A stretch of 63,356 nucleotides of DNA, filler included, from Hausera hauseri (taxonomy: Eukaryota): assembly GCA_046269625.1 (NCBI GenBank). It is 13 parts of 13 records of this genome, joined end to end, with 100 filler letters (N's around TTAATTAATTAA, not from the genome) between each part and the next. Parts side by side here need not be neighbours in the genome. Positions count along the whole stretch, not along the records: positions 11,719 to 15,741 come from JBJURY010812088.1; positions 15,842 to 20,153 come from JBJURY010641774.1; positions 20,254 to 24,326 come from JBJURY010780425.1; 10 more parts are not named here. One strand, given 5' to 3'. The translations under genes were made by a program, and so were the position numbers. The first letter of the stretch is position 1; every line of letters begins with the position of its first letter. Positions 11,719 through 24,322 of the stretch are shown here, piece after piece. The notes below the pieces were generated by a model, which saw only the letters and a program-made list of their open reading frames with translations, made no database searches and had not been told where the DNA came from.

Positions 11719-13352
11719 GTTTGGATTACCTCACCACATCATTTCAGACCAAGGCCCACAGTTCGAATTCAACCTGTTTAAAGCTCTTGTTAATCGATGG
11801 GAAATTAACCGCATTTACACGTCACCATATCATCCCCAATCGAATGGCCTTCTTGAACACTTTTACCGAACGATTAAAACGTCTCAAAATCCTTGCTGAG
11901 TCTAATTGCAGTTGGACTACATTCCATCCGTACGTTCTTCTTGGTTGGCGGAATACACCATCTAATTCTACAGGCTGTTCACCTGCAGAAGTATTGTTTG
12001 GGACTTCTATCAGATCATTATTCGAGCTGGCTGAGCTGGACAATATTCCTACAGACAAAACCATACGAGCGGCCCAGAGACACTTCATTGAGTTCAGCAA
12101 AGACTCATTTTGTAGATTATTACACGGAGATAAACCTTACATACCAGACGATTTATATACTGCCAAGTTCGTATGGCTAAAGAATCAGACGCCGTGTGGT
12201 TTTCAACCTCAGTATGCTAGCCATTATAAAGTAATTCGTTTACACTCTCACAACATCATTATTCTCAAGAACGACAAAGAAGTAACAGTCAACATCAATA
12301 ACGCTAAGCCGGCTTTCTTCATTGCCGATACATCTCCCATCGAAACCACTTCTCCGCCAACATCCTTACGCGACGCGCAGCAATCCAACAATTCACCTTC
12401 CATCTCTGCTCAATTTTTCAACCCACTTTCCCCTACGTTTTCTCCCAAGATTTCTACTTCAATTTTTTTCTGGCAGGTCATCTTCTTTTCCCCATCCGAT
12501 TTTGCACTTTCAAGCCTTTCCACACTTCTTTCATCCCCTGATAGCAACCTGTTTTCTCCTCTTACAATACTTCGTTCATCAAACACCACTTCGACTTCAC
12601 CAATCTCTCTATCTTTTTGCTCTCTTCCGTTTTGTCCCTCTTCGCCATCTTTTCTCTCTCTTTCTTTCTCGTTCCACACCTTCCTCATATTCGGCGCTCG
12701 CTTCCTCCCTCTCGCCTCACACAACGTTTTTTAGTCCTTTCATCTCCGCTTCGCAACTTCCTTCTCTTTCTACTCCTATCCCTATCTCTCTTCCTCTCTC
12801 TACTACTACCTTGGCTTCGTCCTCTACTTCTACCCTTTCACCTAAGACAATTTTAATTTCTACGCCAAATTTCGTCTCTCCTCTTTTATCCGGCACTACA
12901 CCTCTTTTAAGTCCTTTGTCTTCTAACACTCTCGAACGCCTTCAACCGTCCATCTTCAACAATCTCTCTTCCTCCTTCACCTTCTTCTCCTCATTCTAAC
13001 ACGTCTTCGCACGACACAGCACTCACAACAAAATCGGACAATTTTTTCCCAAACTTCAACCTCTGCATGCAAACACACAGCATAAAGACAAAACACGCAA
13101 AGTCACATTTAGCAAGTATAGCAGAGAAAAATCAGTAGAAGGCACCCAACGTCTTGTTCACAATAAGACCAGCTGACACAGACACTTTTTCGTCTGACAA
13201 CTTTTGTTTCTGTCTTTTACTCTATAGTTTTCGCTTTGCCACGGGAGGGGGTGATGTGGTGCCCACAAGGGCGGTGCTCTTTGTCCTATTTGGTCGGGCA
13301 CAGCCGGGCGTCCGTTGCCGCCGTGTTGGATCCATAGTTTGGTCCGATCTTC
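11719..13352 (+). mobile_element. CsRn1-like element 3' end: integrase C-half, pyrimidine-rich (Ser/Pro/Thr) tail, PPT and truncated LTR (LTR starts 13255)
   Basis: PYVLLGWRNTPSNSTGCSPAEVLFG; the PPT GGGAGGGGGTGA is followed by TGTGGTGCCCACA; homologous to 15842-17100. Confidence 0.85.
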
Positions 13353-13359
13353 CAACATT

Positions 13360-15000
13360 TTGCTCCAAAAATCAAAATCAAAAAGATGTTCCCGATTGCC
13401 ATCCATTATCGATTACGTCCACACGACGACCAGCAAGTCAAGAAATGATACTTCGCGCTCTCTCCCGTATTGCGGCACGATAAACGCTCATATTCACGAA
13501 CCAAACAAAATACCAATGTTAACAATTTTTCAGTTCTAAATACACCAAATGATGGATTTGTTGACCCTTATGTGTGCCATTTGTTGTGGCGTTTTTGTGT
13601 GTTTGGAGAAAATTGTTTTAATAATTACATACCGACAGATATTTCGATTTGACAGATATTTTTAAATATGGCGAAATTTATCAGAAATGATAATTATGAG
13701 CGCACTGAAATTTCCATTAGAAAAACAAATGTGGATCGAAATCAGGATTCTAGTGGAAATGTTAAATTTTGAAATTCAAAAAATTTTATTCAAGAAATCG
13801 GTTCAAATTTATGGGCCAACGTGTTGAATTCTATCCCGAGTGGATTAGACAGGAATTGCAGAAGTCAGTAACGCGACCCAATAATCATATGGAACTTTTG
13901 TTACAAACGTACAATTACCGATCAACATCGGAATCTGCAATTGTGTTTGTTAAATTGATGGCCATAAGTTTGGATATGTTTAAAACAAATTGTCGGAAAA
14001 TTCCTGATCAATTCAGCGGCCAGCCTTGTAACGTTGTCGTGAAGGCCATTACCAATTTGCTGCAGACAATTCCTAGATTCTCGTTAAATGAACTGGATCT
14101 CAGCAATAACCGACTGTTGCATGTTTTCCATCTGGAAGTCCTGTTCCATTCTATTCCTATTCGATCACTGATCATTTCTGGCAACAGTTTGATTTACAAG
14201 TCATTTTTACGGGTGCGCCAACAGGCTTCGTTTTTCGTTAATTTGACTGTTCGTACAGGCAGTGAACTCACTGGTCAGAAACTGAAATATTTCAAACAGT
14301 TCGACAACGATTTGCTAGAAGTCTGCCCTTCGTTACAGTCGGTTAATGAGCCGTTAGTCGTAGTTGACGGATTCGGTCGATCCAGTCAGCTGCCTGTGAC
14401 TATCCGTTCGGTCGGGGAAGTTGAAGAACTGGTAATGAATTTTTTAGAGAACGTGCGATGAAAATTGAAACTGATAACTATGGATTATTAAATTATTATT
14501 CGTCGGATAGTGTACTGACAAGCAGCGCATATTATCATGATATTGTTCAGAACCAACGACGACTCGGTGAAGAATATTAACGTAATTTCTGCAATTTGCC
14601 TCGACTAAAAGATGATCTGAGACGAGCACAACTTATTAAAAGGCGATCATCACAAATTCTTGGATTTTATTCGGAAATCCCTCGTTTGAAACATATCGGA
14701 AATTCTTTGGTTCTGGACATAATCGTCAATAATAATCAGAGTAAAATATTTTCCATTATCGGAGTATTCGTTGAGGCGGTGAAAATTATGAATAAAAATC
14801 GAGAGAGTGATAATGACTTTCATCACCTTTTCAATATGCGTTTGTTTTCGAGATCGTTTATCGTCGTTCCACCGGGGAAAATTCTTCAGGAAAATTGGAT
14901 GATAACAAATCCAACAGATGGTTTATTTCGGGTAAAATTATTTTCAATGTTTTGGTGAATGATGTGGTTTCTATGGCAATTTATTGCAGAATTATTTGTG
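13360..15000 (+). pseudogene. NXF1/TAP-family nuclear RNA export factor-like gene (LRR plus NTF2-like domains), intron-containing, probably degraded
   Basis: LRR LNELDLSNNRL. NTF2-like segments VEELVMNFLEN, RAQLIKR..ILGFYSEIPRLKHIGNSLVLDI..FSIIGVFVE and RLFSRSFIVVPP..WMITN..LFR. A short GT..AG intron follows 14930. Confidence 0.7.
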
Positions 15001-15589
15001 AACATTTGTAATTTCTTGTTTGCATGAAGTCGTTTTGCATTCGGAAAGTTTCAATAAGGATGTGTGTACACACAAAAAGGGTATGAACATTACGATATTA
15101 TGCATGCATTCTAGAATGGCAGGAAATAATATGTGGATTTTTGTAGTGCTTATACTAACTCCTCCTGGCACTTGATCACTTTCCTCCTCTACATTCGAAC
15201 GAGCCATTATGTTGTTTTCTGTTATATTTCTAATGTTAAATACTATTTCCAAGTTGTCATTGTGCCTTCATAGTTTACAAAAAGTCGGTTTTAGTTACTT
15301 TTCGCACGTTTATAAAAGGGAACTTTGTACGGGCGTATCTAACACTAAATACCAAATATGTTTTTGACATTTTAAAAATGGGTTAAAAATAAAGTAAAAG
15401 ACGAATTTAAAGAAAACTACATCACAAAAACTACATCAAAATTCAAAACCAAACAAAAGATTCTCAAATGTTGTCACTCGCATGATACACGAATGCCGCG
15501 TTATATATTAAATTGATTTTCATTTACAAAGTGTATTTATAGGGGTGCACATTATTTGAGAGCGCGTTATAAATGGGACTTTAGCGTAA

Positions 15590-15741
15590 AATACTAAAAG
15601 TAGTTTCAACGTCACACATAAACGTAAAGTCTGTGAAGCATTTTAAGTACTGCTCCTATTGCATCAAACGATGCATCTGTATCCAAAATAAAATCCTTCG
15701 TAGGATCCATGAAGGTTAATATTGGCGCCTCACATAGCTTC
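15590..15741 (-). mobile_element. Ty3/gypsy RT-RNase H fragment (third family)
   Basis: Minus strand reads APILTFMDPTKDFILDTDASFDAIGAVL; near-identical DNA at 37186-37240. Confidence 0.7.
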
Positions 15742-15841
15742 NNNNNNNNNNNNNNNNNNNNNNNNNNNNNNNNNNNNNNNNNNNNTTAATTAATTAANNN
15801 NNNNNNNNNNNNNNNNNNNNNNNNNNNNNNNNNNNNNNNNN

Positions 15842-18800
15842 ATCGAGCCCGACTATGAATCCGACAAGGCGGCAATGGACGTCCGGCCGCGTCCGACCAA
15901 ATAGGCCAAAGGGCACTGACCGCCGCGGGCACCACATCACCTCCCGTGGCAAAGTGAAATCTATAAAGAACAACACAGACGGAAAGAAAAAAATCGTTAA
16001 ACGAAAAGTGCCTGTGTCAATTGGTCTTAGTGTGAACAAGACGTTGGGTGCCTTCTACTGATTTTCCCTGCTATACTTGATAAATGTGACTCTGCGTGTT
16101 TTGTCTGGATGCGGTGTGTTTGCTTGCAGAGGTTGAAGTTGAGGAAAAAATTGTCAGATTTTGTTGTATGTGTTGTGTCGTGCAAAGCCAAGTCAGAAGG
16201 AATAGAAAAAGATTGTGAAGGACGAAGAGAGATTGTTGGAGACGGATGGCTAAAGGTATTTAAAAGAGTGTTAGAAGACGAAGGAGTGACAAAAGGTGAA
16301 GTGATGGATGAAGGAGGAGAGAGGAAAATTGAAGTAGAAGTTGGAATTGTATTAGGTGAAAGAGTAGAAGTAGAAAATTAGGCAGAGGGAGTGGTACAGA
16401 AAGTAAGAGAAATAGGAATAGAAGTAGAAGGTGTGGAAAATGATGAAGCAGAATTAGGAGCAAAAGGAGGAGGTGAAACTGGTGAAGCAACAGATAAAGG
16501 AACAGCAGGAAGTGTAGGAGTGAGAAAAGGGGTTGCCTTGTCGATTGGTAAAGTATCGTCGACAAAGAAAGCGGGTTTTAGGTTGGTAACATGTACCGTA
16601 AGTTCTTTGCCGTTTTTAGAGATAATAGCATTATGCAAATGCAACTGTATAAGTTTATAGGGCCCCAGATACCACGGCTGAAAACCGCACGGTGTTTGAT
16701 TTTTTAGCCATACGAATTTTGCTGAGTAAATGTGTTTTTTCTTTGTGAAGTAATATGCAGAACGAATCTTTGCTGACCGTAACGAAGTGATTTTGCGCCT
16801 CCCTTATCGTTTTATCTGTAGGAGTGTCGTCTAGGACATCTAGTTTGAACAATGATCGTACAAGAGCTCGGAATAAGGCTTCAGTAGGTGAGCATCCTGT
16901 AGAATTAGACGGCATGTTCCACCAGCCAAGCAGAACAAACGGAAGAAGATTCGTCCAACTAGTGTTGGACTCTGTAATGATTCTTATTGACGTTTTCAAT
17001 GTTTGGTGGAAGCGTTGTAGGATGCCATTCGATTGGAGATAGTAAGGTGTAGTATGTATGTGACGGATCCCCAATCGGTTAACAAGAGATTTGAACAGGT
17101 TAGATTCAAACTGTGGACCCTGGTCCGTGATGATGAAGCAAGGTGATTCAAACCTGCTAATCCATGTACGAATGAAAACGTCAGCTATGGTATCGGTTTT
17201 CGTGCTCCTCAGAGGGATAGCTTTTGGCCATCGCGAGGAACGCTCCATCATGGTGAGAATGAATTGATGACCGTTACCTAGAGGAAGAGGGCCAACGATG
17301 TCGATATGCACGGACTCGAAACGCGATGTGCAGGTAAAGTGGAACAGTGGTGGCTTTAAATGCTTCGTTGTTTTGTATTTTTGGCAAGCCACACATTTCT
17401 TAACCCATGCCTGCACATCAGAACGCATTGACGGCCAAATTACTTGTCAATGGAGTAAACGAAAAATGGCTTTAGCACTAGGGTGGTGTAACGAATGTAT
17501 GCTATTAAATGCTTGTTTTTGCAATGATGGTGCGAGAATTATTATGGAATAACCTGGTTTGAAGGTGTCTAAAGCCACGTTGTCAACGACTTTGCAATAG
17601 TTGAAAGAATTAAGCATGTCTTAAGGTGGCCAGTTCTGTTGAATTTGAGCTTGCGTAAAAATCGGTGAAAAATTAATCGAACTAACCGACCTAGATAAAA
17701 AATCGGCAATTAAATTATTAACCCCATTATTATGTTTTATTTCGAAGTTAAATGTCGACAAGTATGATATCTGTCGTTCTTGGCGTGTGGAAGGATGTTT
17801 TATAGCCATGATGTTAAGTAAGGTTTTGTGATCGGATTATATAGTAAAATGCCTAGCGACAAGTATGTGGGAGAAATGCTTTAAAGCAAGAACGATGGTC
17901 AATAACTCTCGATCGAACGTTGAATATCTGGTTTCAGGGGATGTTAGCTTGCGGGAGAAAAATCCTTGCGGTTTATTTTCTCCTTTGTAGATCTGGTGGA
18001 GTACAGCATTTACCGCAGTGGTTGAAGCGTCTGTAGTAAGGATGAGTTCTGCATCAGGTTTGGAGAAAGCGAGAATGTCGACGGTCTTAATTTCTTCGCG
18101 TAACTTATCAAATTTGTCTACCAACTCAGGTGTCCACTGGATTGGCTGATGTTTTTGCAACCGCTTAAGTGTGCAAATGGTGCTGTCAATTCGGAGGAAT
18201 ATGGTACATATTTAAGTACAAAGTGTAGTGTACCAAGGAAGCTGCGCATTTCGGTGGTCGTACGTAGTAACTGGATAGTTTTAAGGGGTTCAACTCGGTC
18301 TGGTTGAGGAGAGTGGTCGTCTGGTGAAATAATGTGGCCTAAAAAGTTTATGCATCTTTTGAAAAAATGGCATTTGTCGAAACTGACTTGGAAATTATGG
18401 TGGTGAATGCGTTAGAATATTGCGCGAAGATGTTCCTCGTGTTGTTTGACCAAAAATGAAATTATCAGAATACCATCAATGTAAGGGTGCGCAAACGGAA
18501 AATCTGAGAGAATTGAGTCAACATGTCACTGAAATGTCTGTGCGGCATTTCTCAAACCGAAAGGCATAAACATGGTACTCGTAGAGGCCAAAAGGAGTAG
18601 TGGCAGCAGTTTTTTCTGTCTTCGGGTGCCACAGGTATTTGGTGGTATGCTTTAGCCAAATCGATGGTCGAATAAATGTTAGTTGAATTAAGGAGATGCA
18701 GGATGTCCTTGATGAGTGGCAAGGGGTACGCATCCATGACTATCAAGTTGTTTAACTGGCGGTAGTCACCGCATGGTCTAAAAGTAGCGTCCTTTTTTGT

Positions 18801-20153
18801 ACGACGTGCAAAGATGACGACCAAGGAGATTTTGAACAGCGTACAATTCCGGAGCGTTCTAGTTCAAAAAATTCGGCTTCTACAGCCTGTCTACGATGAG
18901 GTGACAGTAGTCGTACCTTTTGGCGTATTGGTCGTTGATGCTGTGTAGTTATGTGATGCACAGTGCTGTTTGTAAGGGTAAACGAATGATCTTTTTTAAG
19001 TACGCGTGGACATGATGTAGTAACGAATTGCTCTAAAGTTATATGCAATTGTGATAGATTCGGTGGTTATGGTGAAGCAGGTTGAGAATTGGCGTGTGCG
19101 ATTTGTGAATTGTTTTGTGATGTGTAGTCAAGTGGTATTTGGAGTAAGATGGTCGGATGGCAGGACCGCAATTAATGACAATGATCCTCGATTGAATATC
19201 AATATAATTATTTAAAAATTTACGAATTGAATTATTGTTATGGAAATTCGAAGTATTTATTGATTTTCCCAAAATTCACCTCCATATCTCGATCGACTGC
19301 ACGGTAGTCGAAATGCTATTGTCATGCTCAGTAATGCTGCCAGTGATGCCGCTCCTCAGACATCGTTGACACAGTCAACCAATAAATTATAATGTGATAG
19401 AAAATCGAACCCTAGAATTGCCGTCTGGACGTTAGCAACTGTGAACGTCCAGTGAAAAGGTGAAGGAAATTTTGGTAAGATGAAAGATAATTTAGCCATG
19501 CCAGAAATGTGCAGCGGTTGACATGCAGCGGTGTATAAGGGCTTAATTCTGAATAGTGAATTTTGCACAGGAAAGGTTTGTGGTAATAGAGAAATTGCTG
19601 TACCTCTATCGATGAGGAAATCAACGGATTGCGTTGTAGGAACGTGATTGCAGCCTTTAGAGTAAAGACAGTAAAAGAAGCTTGTCGGTATTCAGAAAGT
19701 GAAGCAGTGCCTTTGCCAGAGTTTGGCGTGACTTCCGGCGGCAAACTTAGTTTTTTTGGAAAGGTGAACTAGGACGACTATTAGAAGAAAAGGAAGCACG
19801 TCTGTTGTTCGTATCTGGTTTCAAAGTTCAGCCTGGAATGCATTTACGAGCTTTGTATTTAAACTTTGCGTGGTAGATGCAAATAACGATGTCTGAAGAA
19901 AACTTTTATTATAAAATTTGCACCCTAGGCACCATTTCTTTGCACTTTTATTGAATCTGCTGTGATAGTAGCAGATAGACGACCGTGTAGGCGATGGTTA
20001 ACGGTTTCCCAACGCAGAATGGGTGCGGTCAGCAACAAAATCCCTTCGCCGGGACAGGGAAAGTTCGTTTAATCTGTTGTTTATATTGTTAATTGTTGCT
20101 TGTAGTGCTGTATTTTCGGCACGTAACTGATTTAGTTGTTGCTCTATTGATGT
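15842..20153 (-). mobile_element. CsRn1-like Ty3/gypsy element (gag C-end to 3' LTR start at 15936), decayed
   Basis: PR, RT (SKSPWSSSLHVV, FRPCGDYRQLN), RNase H (TTDASTT, YSTFDRELL), IN (VHIDIVGPLP, ITDQGPQFES), PPT then TGTGGTGCCC. AAAAAAACTAA at the gag end. Confidence 0.9.
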
Positions 20154-20253
20154 NNNNNNNNNNNNNNNNNNNNNNNNNNNNNNNNNNNNNNNNNNNNTTA
20201 ATTAATTAANNNNNNNNNNNNNNNNNNNNNNNNNNNNNNNNNNNNNNNNNNNN

Positions 20254-21220
20254 TGTACTGCTGGATCAAGTATTTTATAGGTATACTTTAATTCTTTTTT
20301 AGGCCTTTTCTCTGAAATGGCGGAATTTGTGACAGTACTCACTTGAGTAATTGGTTTTATTGTTGCTTCAAGTGAAAATTTCCATCTGATCTTCCGGACA
20401 GTATCTTCCAGAGAAAATATTCGATTCGTTAGGTCGGAGTTCATAAATGTCGAAATATATTTTGTACTTATAATCTACCAGTATTTTACAACATGGATTC
20501 GATATTGTGGACCCAATGCCACAATATTCTGGTAGGGGAGCTAATTCATATAATTTATTAAATCGAACGGAAGTTGCTTTGTCGTCCGTCAACAACCTTA
20601 TGGTTTTTATCTGGATACATTTCTTTTTCTTATTCTTAGAAATTCCGATTATGTTCTCGTCTAACATTCGTTTTTGTGGATTGGTTGATTGGATTATTTC
20701 ATCAAGTTTTACTTGGAAACGTCGATCCATCGAAAGTGTGATTAATTGAGATTGTGGATCCACTTCGGCGTAGACATCATTTAAATCTGGCAAATACAAA
20801 TGGTAAGTGCGAATATATGAATCTCCATAGTTTACGTCACAGCATTGTGTATAATCGCCCGGTTCGAAATTACAATTGATCTTTGCTTTCCTTGTTATAT
20901 CATGTAGTATAACCTGAAACTTCTGAAATCACGATTTGTTTTGTTTGTTCTAAATCCAACACATTTTCAGATGTAAAGTAATAGGCCTTCATCGTTTGTA
21001 ACAACTTGGTGTCCTCTTGTTTCATGATTTATTCGGCAGTTAATTTCTTTCCCTTTTCTACCGTTTTGTTTTAGTCCACTTATACGAATTCCATATACAT
21101 CTAGCATAGTTTTGTGACCCACCATAGGACCCTAATTTTTGCTAAATATGCAGCAATTAGTGATTGTACTAAAACTGTGTGTACGTAGGATGAGTCGAGC
21201 AATTATTGAAGGTTTTGTTT
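20254..21220 (-). pseudogene. Env-position Cys-rich/FN3 membrane protein, copy B (truncated by gap)
   Basis: NCNFEPGDYTQCCDVNYGDSY..YHLYLPD and KKCIQIKT..EYCGIG..NPCCKILVDYKYKIYFDIYE. Confidence 0.7.
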
Positions 21221-21359
21221 TTCTGCTATTTTGATTTTGACGCAGGTTGTAGCGTTTGTTTGGTCTTATTTGCGTCTTAACCACTCTTTTAACCTTCAGA
21301 ACTTTACCATTTTTGTTAATATAAGCTGTAATTGTTGTTGTTCTAGTGATCTCGATGAG

Positions 21360-22255
21360 GTATCCTGGAATTTATCATCCGTTATTCCTTTTACGAGATT
21401 GGTTCCTGTAAATTTGTTAGGGGCGGCAGTTATACCTCCATTCGATAGGCTTACCCAATTGGTTTCAATACATCTGAACGTAGATTATCCTAAGCTAGCT
21501 TTACATTCTTTTAAGATTGTTGGTTGAGTTGCCTTAACTAACAAGACTCTAATAAGTGGCATAGCTAGTAGAGGAGTATCCTGGTACAAAACCAGGAGTT
21601 CTTGTACACAACGTTTTTCCTCGACATTAATTGGTACATCTCGCCCCACATTCATAGGTTAACAAGACTTCGCCTGTGACTCAGCCGAAAATTTCTCTCA
21701 TTGGAATTATTGTCATGCTAATTCAGGGTTGGCGTAAATTAGAGCTAATTTTGTTCTCATAATTTCCATATTTAATTTGCAGTCGTTCGTTATCATGTGA
21801 TACAGTTCGGTTATTCCGTCTCGTTTTTTGTAGTAGAAATAATCGTCTCTATTTTTCAAGTAATCTTCGATTTGTATATCCTGCGTTTCCTATTTATATG
21901 TCTGTCCATTTATTTCGGTTTCCGCTACGAAAAATGCCTCGTAATTTGTGGCATACATTACTACTTCGCAACGCGAGAGCATTTCTTTATAAATTTTAAT
22001 TCAGGTCAGTGATTAGTACAGTTGGTGTAGAGTGCTCGGCAACGTCTTCTCGTGTCCTGGCGCTACTATCTACTTTATTCACATCATTTACCAGTAGTTT
22101 CATTGACCTTCAGCTCCTTAATTTTGATGAAATTACAATCATTTCCCGAGGGTGGTTCCCATATTATGATTGAACTTCTAAAAGCACAAGTTCCATCTTG
22201 TAAATGACATTTTTGGTTTTCAATATATAGTTTGGTGATGCCGTCTTCGTTTATA
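21360..22255 (-). pseudogene. Chuvirus-type (class III-like) viral glycoprotein remnant
   Basis: Manual minus-strand translation through stops and frameshifts: CHLQDGTCAFRSSIIIWEPPSGNDC; MYATNYEAFFV; YLKNRDDYFYY..ITELY..NDCKLN..LALIYANPELA; FG*VTGEVLLTYEC; RCVQELLVLYQD..MPLIRVL..EC..F..WV. Motif order matches Jingchuvirales-like G proteins. Confidence 0.65.
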
Positions 22256-22259
22256 GGTG

Positions 22260-23158
22260 ATTTGGACCTATCAATTTTCTATTATTACTCTGGTTCGTTG
22301 ATCCTTGTCTATTGTTCGCCTTATATCTATATTCATTGTTTTCGTTTTTGTCATCGATTTCCATAATCCGAACTTCTATAGCTGTTTTGGTTGGTATCTG
22401 AATTATAGTTTGGCTTATTACTTGAATTATTCATGTTCCGATTATTTCCAAATTTCGATTATCGTAATTTCTATTATTGTTATTGAACCTTCTAACATCT
22501 CAGCTACGGTTATCGTTTCGATCATTATTTCTAATTTCTGTCATTTTGTCTGGCATATCTATCTAATGCCATTTCTAAGTCTTGAGCTAACTACAAGGTA
22601 TTGTCAAAGTTTTCTGGTCGAGCTAAAATTAACTATTTCGCTAGGTCTCTAGACCGTATACAATTTATCGATTGTGTCGTCATCATAACGTCTATATCAG
22701 GAATTACTTTCTCTGCAGCTTCGCGTTCGGTTTCATTTTTAGCTTTAGTTACATTCGCTCTTCTTAACATACTTATATAACTATTTGTCAATTTCTTCAG
22801 TGCAAATGCAAACTGGGTGACTGATTTGCCCTTCTCTTGCATCCTGTTTTGAAAATCTATGAATTTCTGTTGAGTTACCGTGGGCAATAATTTACGGTTT
22901 AAGGCTCCTACTAGTGACGGCCAAGATTTTTTTCTCGTCGCTCGTAAGTTTTGTATAGGCATTAGCAGCCAAATTCTTTAAAAAAGGTGATAAATGTTTT
23001 ATCGTTTGTTCGGGTTCAGGTCCGGCACCTTCTGTATGCAGCTTATATGTTCTCAAAAATTCGTTTAATCCGTCCGGATACCCAATATATGCCGGCAGAT
23101 TCAAAGAATTGACTGTAAAAATGTCCAGTTTCGGCACTACTACGGGATTTTGTGCCAT
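22260..23158 (-). pseudogene. Gag (capsid-like plus Asn/Arg-rich linker) of complex gypsy element, frameshifted
   Basis: LPAYIG..LNEFLRTYKL..LSPFLKNLAANAY..W..L..ALN..F.NRMQEKGKSVTQFAFALKKL fits a retrotransposon gag pattern. Confidence 0.75.
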
Positions 23159-23514
23159 TGTATTAATTTCGTTACCTAAGTCTTTTATTATTTTTACGAA
23201 CTTTATTTTTCATATGAGTAATTTTAAATTTATTAGTTTGCTCGATAGCAGTTAAATTTAAGTTAGGTAAATTTACTCTAGTCTCAGAAAGTTAACGTTT
23301 ATCTGGAGTTTTATTACGTCTATAAATATTTCTGCGCTTTTGGCATACAAGTAAATTTCCTTAGCCATTTAGATTAAGGGTTTCGTTTGATTTAGACCTA
23401 TCAATATTCGTTCTTTGTTTTTAACCTTTAATTAATTCTTGTTCACTTATACCAAAGATTTTGTTAGCGAATCTTAATTAATTTAGTTAATGTAAGAGGC
23501 ACTGATCGCCGGTA

Positions 23515-24322
23515 TGTAAATAGTTAACTGTCGAAGTCAAGTTTAGCAAGGCACAAACTGTCCTTGGGCCCAAATCGTCTCTCAGCTATGACAAATGTTC
23601 TCGCCTTAACTATGAATTTTAAAATTGATTTTAAACTTAGGGTTGTCATATTACCTTTAAGAGGCAATGCAAAACTATAAGACAGTTTTAATAACGACAA
23701 AATATATTGAACGATAAATAAACAACCGCACAGCGTCGAATGATATCAACAACTTCGAATGAAGACGATTCTTTCAATAAGTTCGCAATTTGGTTCGTTT
23801 GGATTCTATCACGATTTTCCGGATCAGCTTTCTTTAAGAACTCAGTCGAATTTCACTAATCGGTTTAACCAGATTTTCTTCCTCTTTACTCTTTAGCTCG
23901 TTCCTTTTATACTGTCTTATTCTGTGAATCTTTCTTAGTATTTAATTGTGAGAAATTTATCAATGGGAATTAATTCATTATTCTAAAATTTTACTAATTT
24001 CTTGTGAAAGTTTTGCATTTAACTCGTTGAGAAAATTTGTTTTATTATTTAATCAAACACACTGCTATTCTTCTATGGTTAATTTTGTTGAGAATTCTTG
24101 TAATTTGACTTAAACACATTTTCCATTGTTCCATAAGAAATTCTACAGCTAGAGATTAGAGTTCACTATACAATTCTATATTTTAGAATTATGTACAATT
24201 AATTGACGACTTTTTGTACCAAATGTAAAATATCAATCCACATTACAGTATATTTGTCAATTTCATTTGTTCTCAAGTTTTATATTTTCTAATAGTAGAG
24301 GAAAAATGAGAATTCTAATACA
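23515..24322 (-). repeat. 5' LTR of complex gypsy copy B (upstream boundary approximate)
   Basis: Shares TATAAAAGGA (about 23902-23911), the hairpin block and the CTTAGGGT block with LTR A. Ends TTTACA at 23515, followed by a possible degenerate tRNA-Arg PBS (CGGCGATC). Confidence 0.6.

Noticed and set aside
12322-12999. Several long overlapping ORFs (Ser/Leu/Pro-rich and Glu/Lys/Gly-rich antisense) as extra genes
   Set aside because: These are by-products of a stop-poor pyrimidine-rich tract after integrase; the peptides are poorly conserved with the sister copy at 16100-16650.
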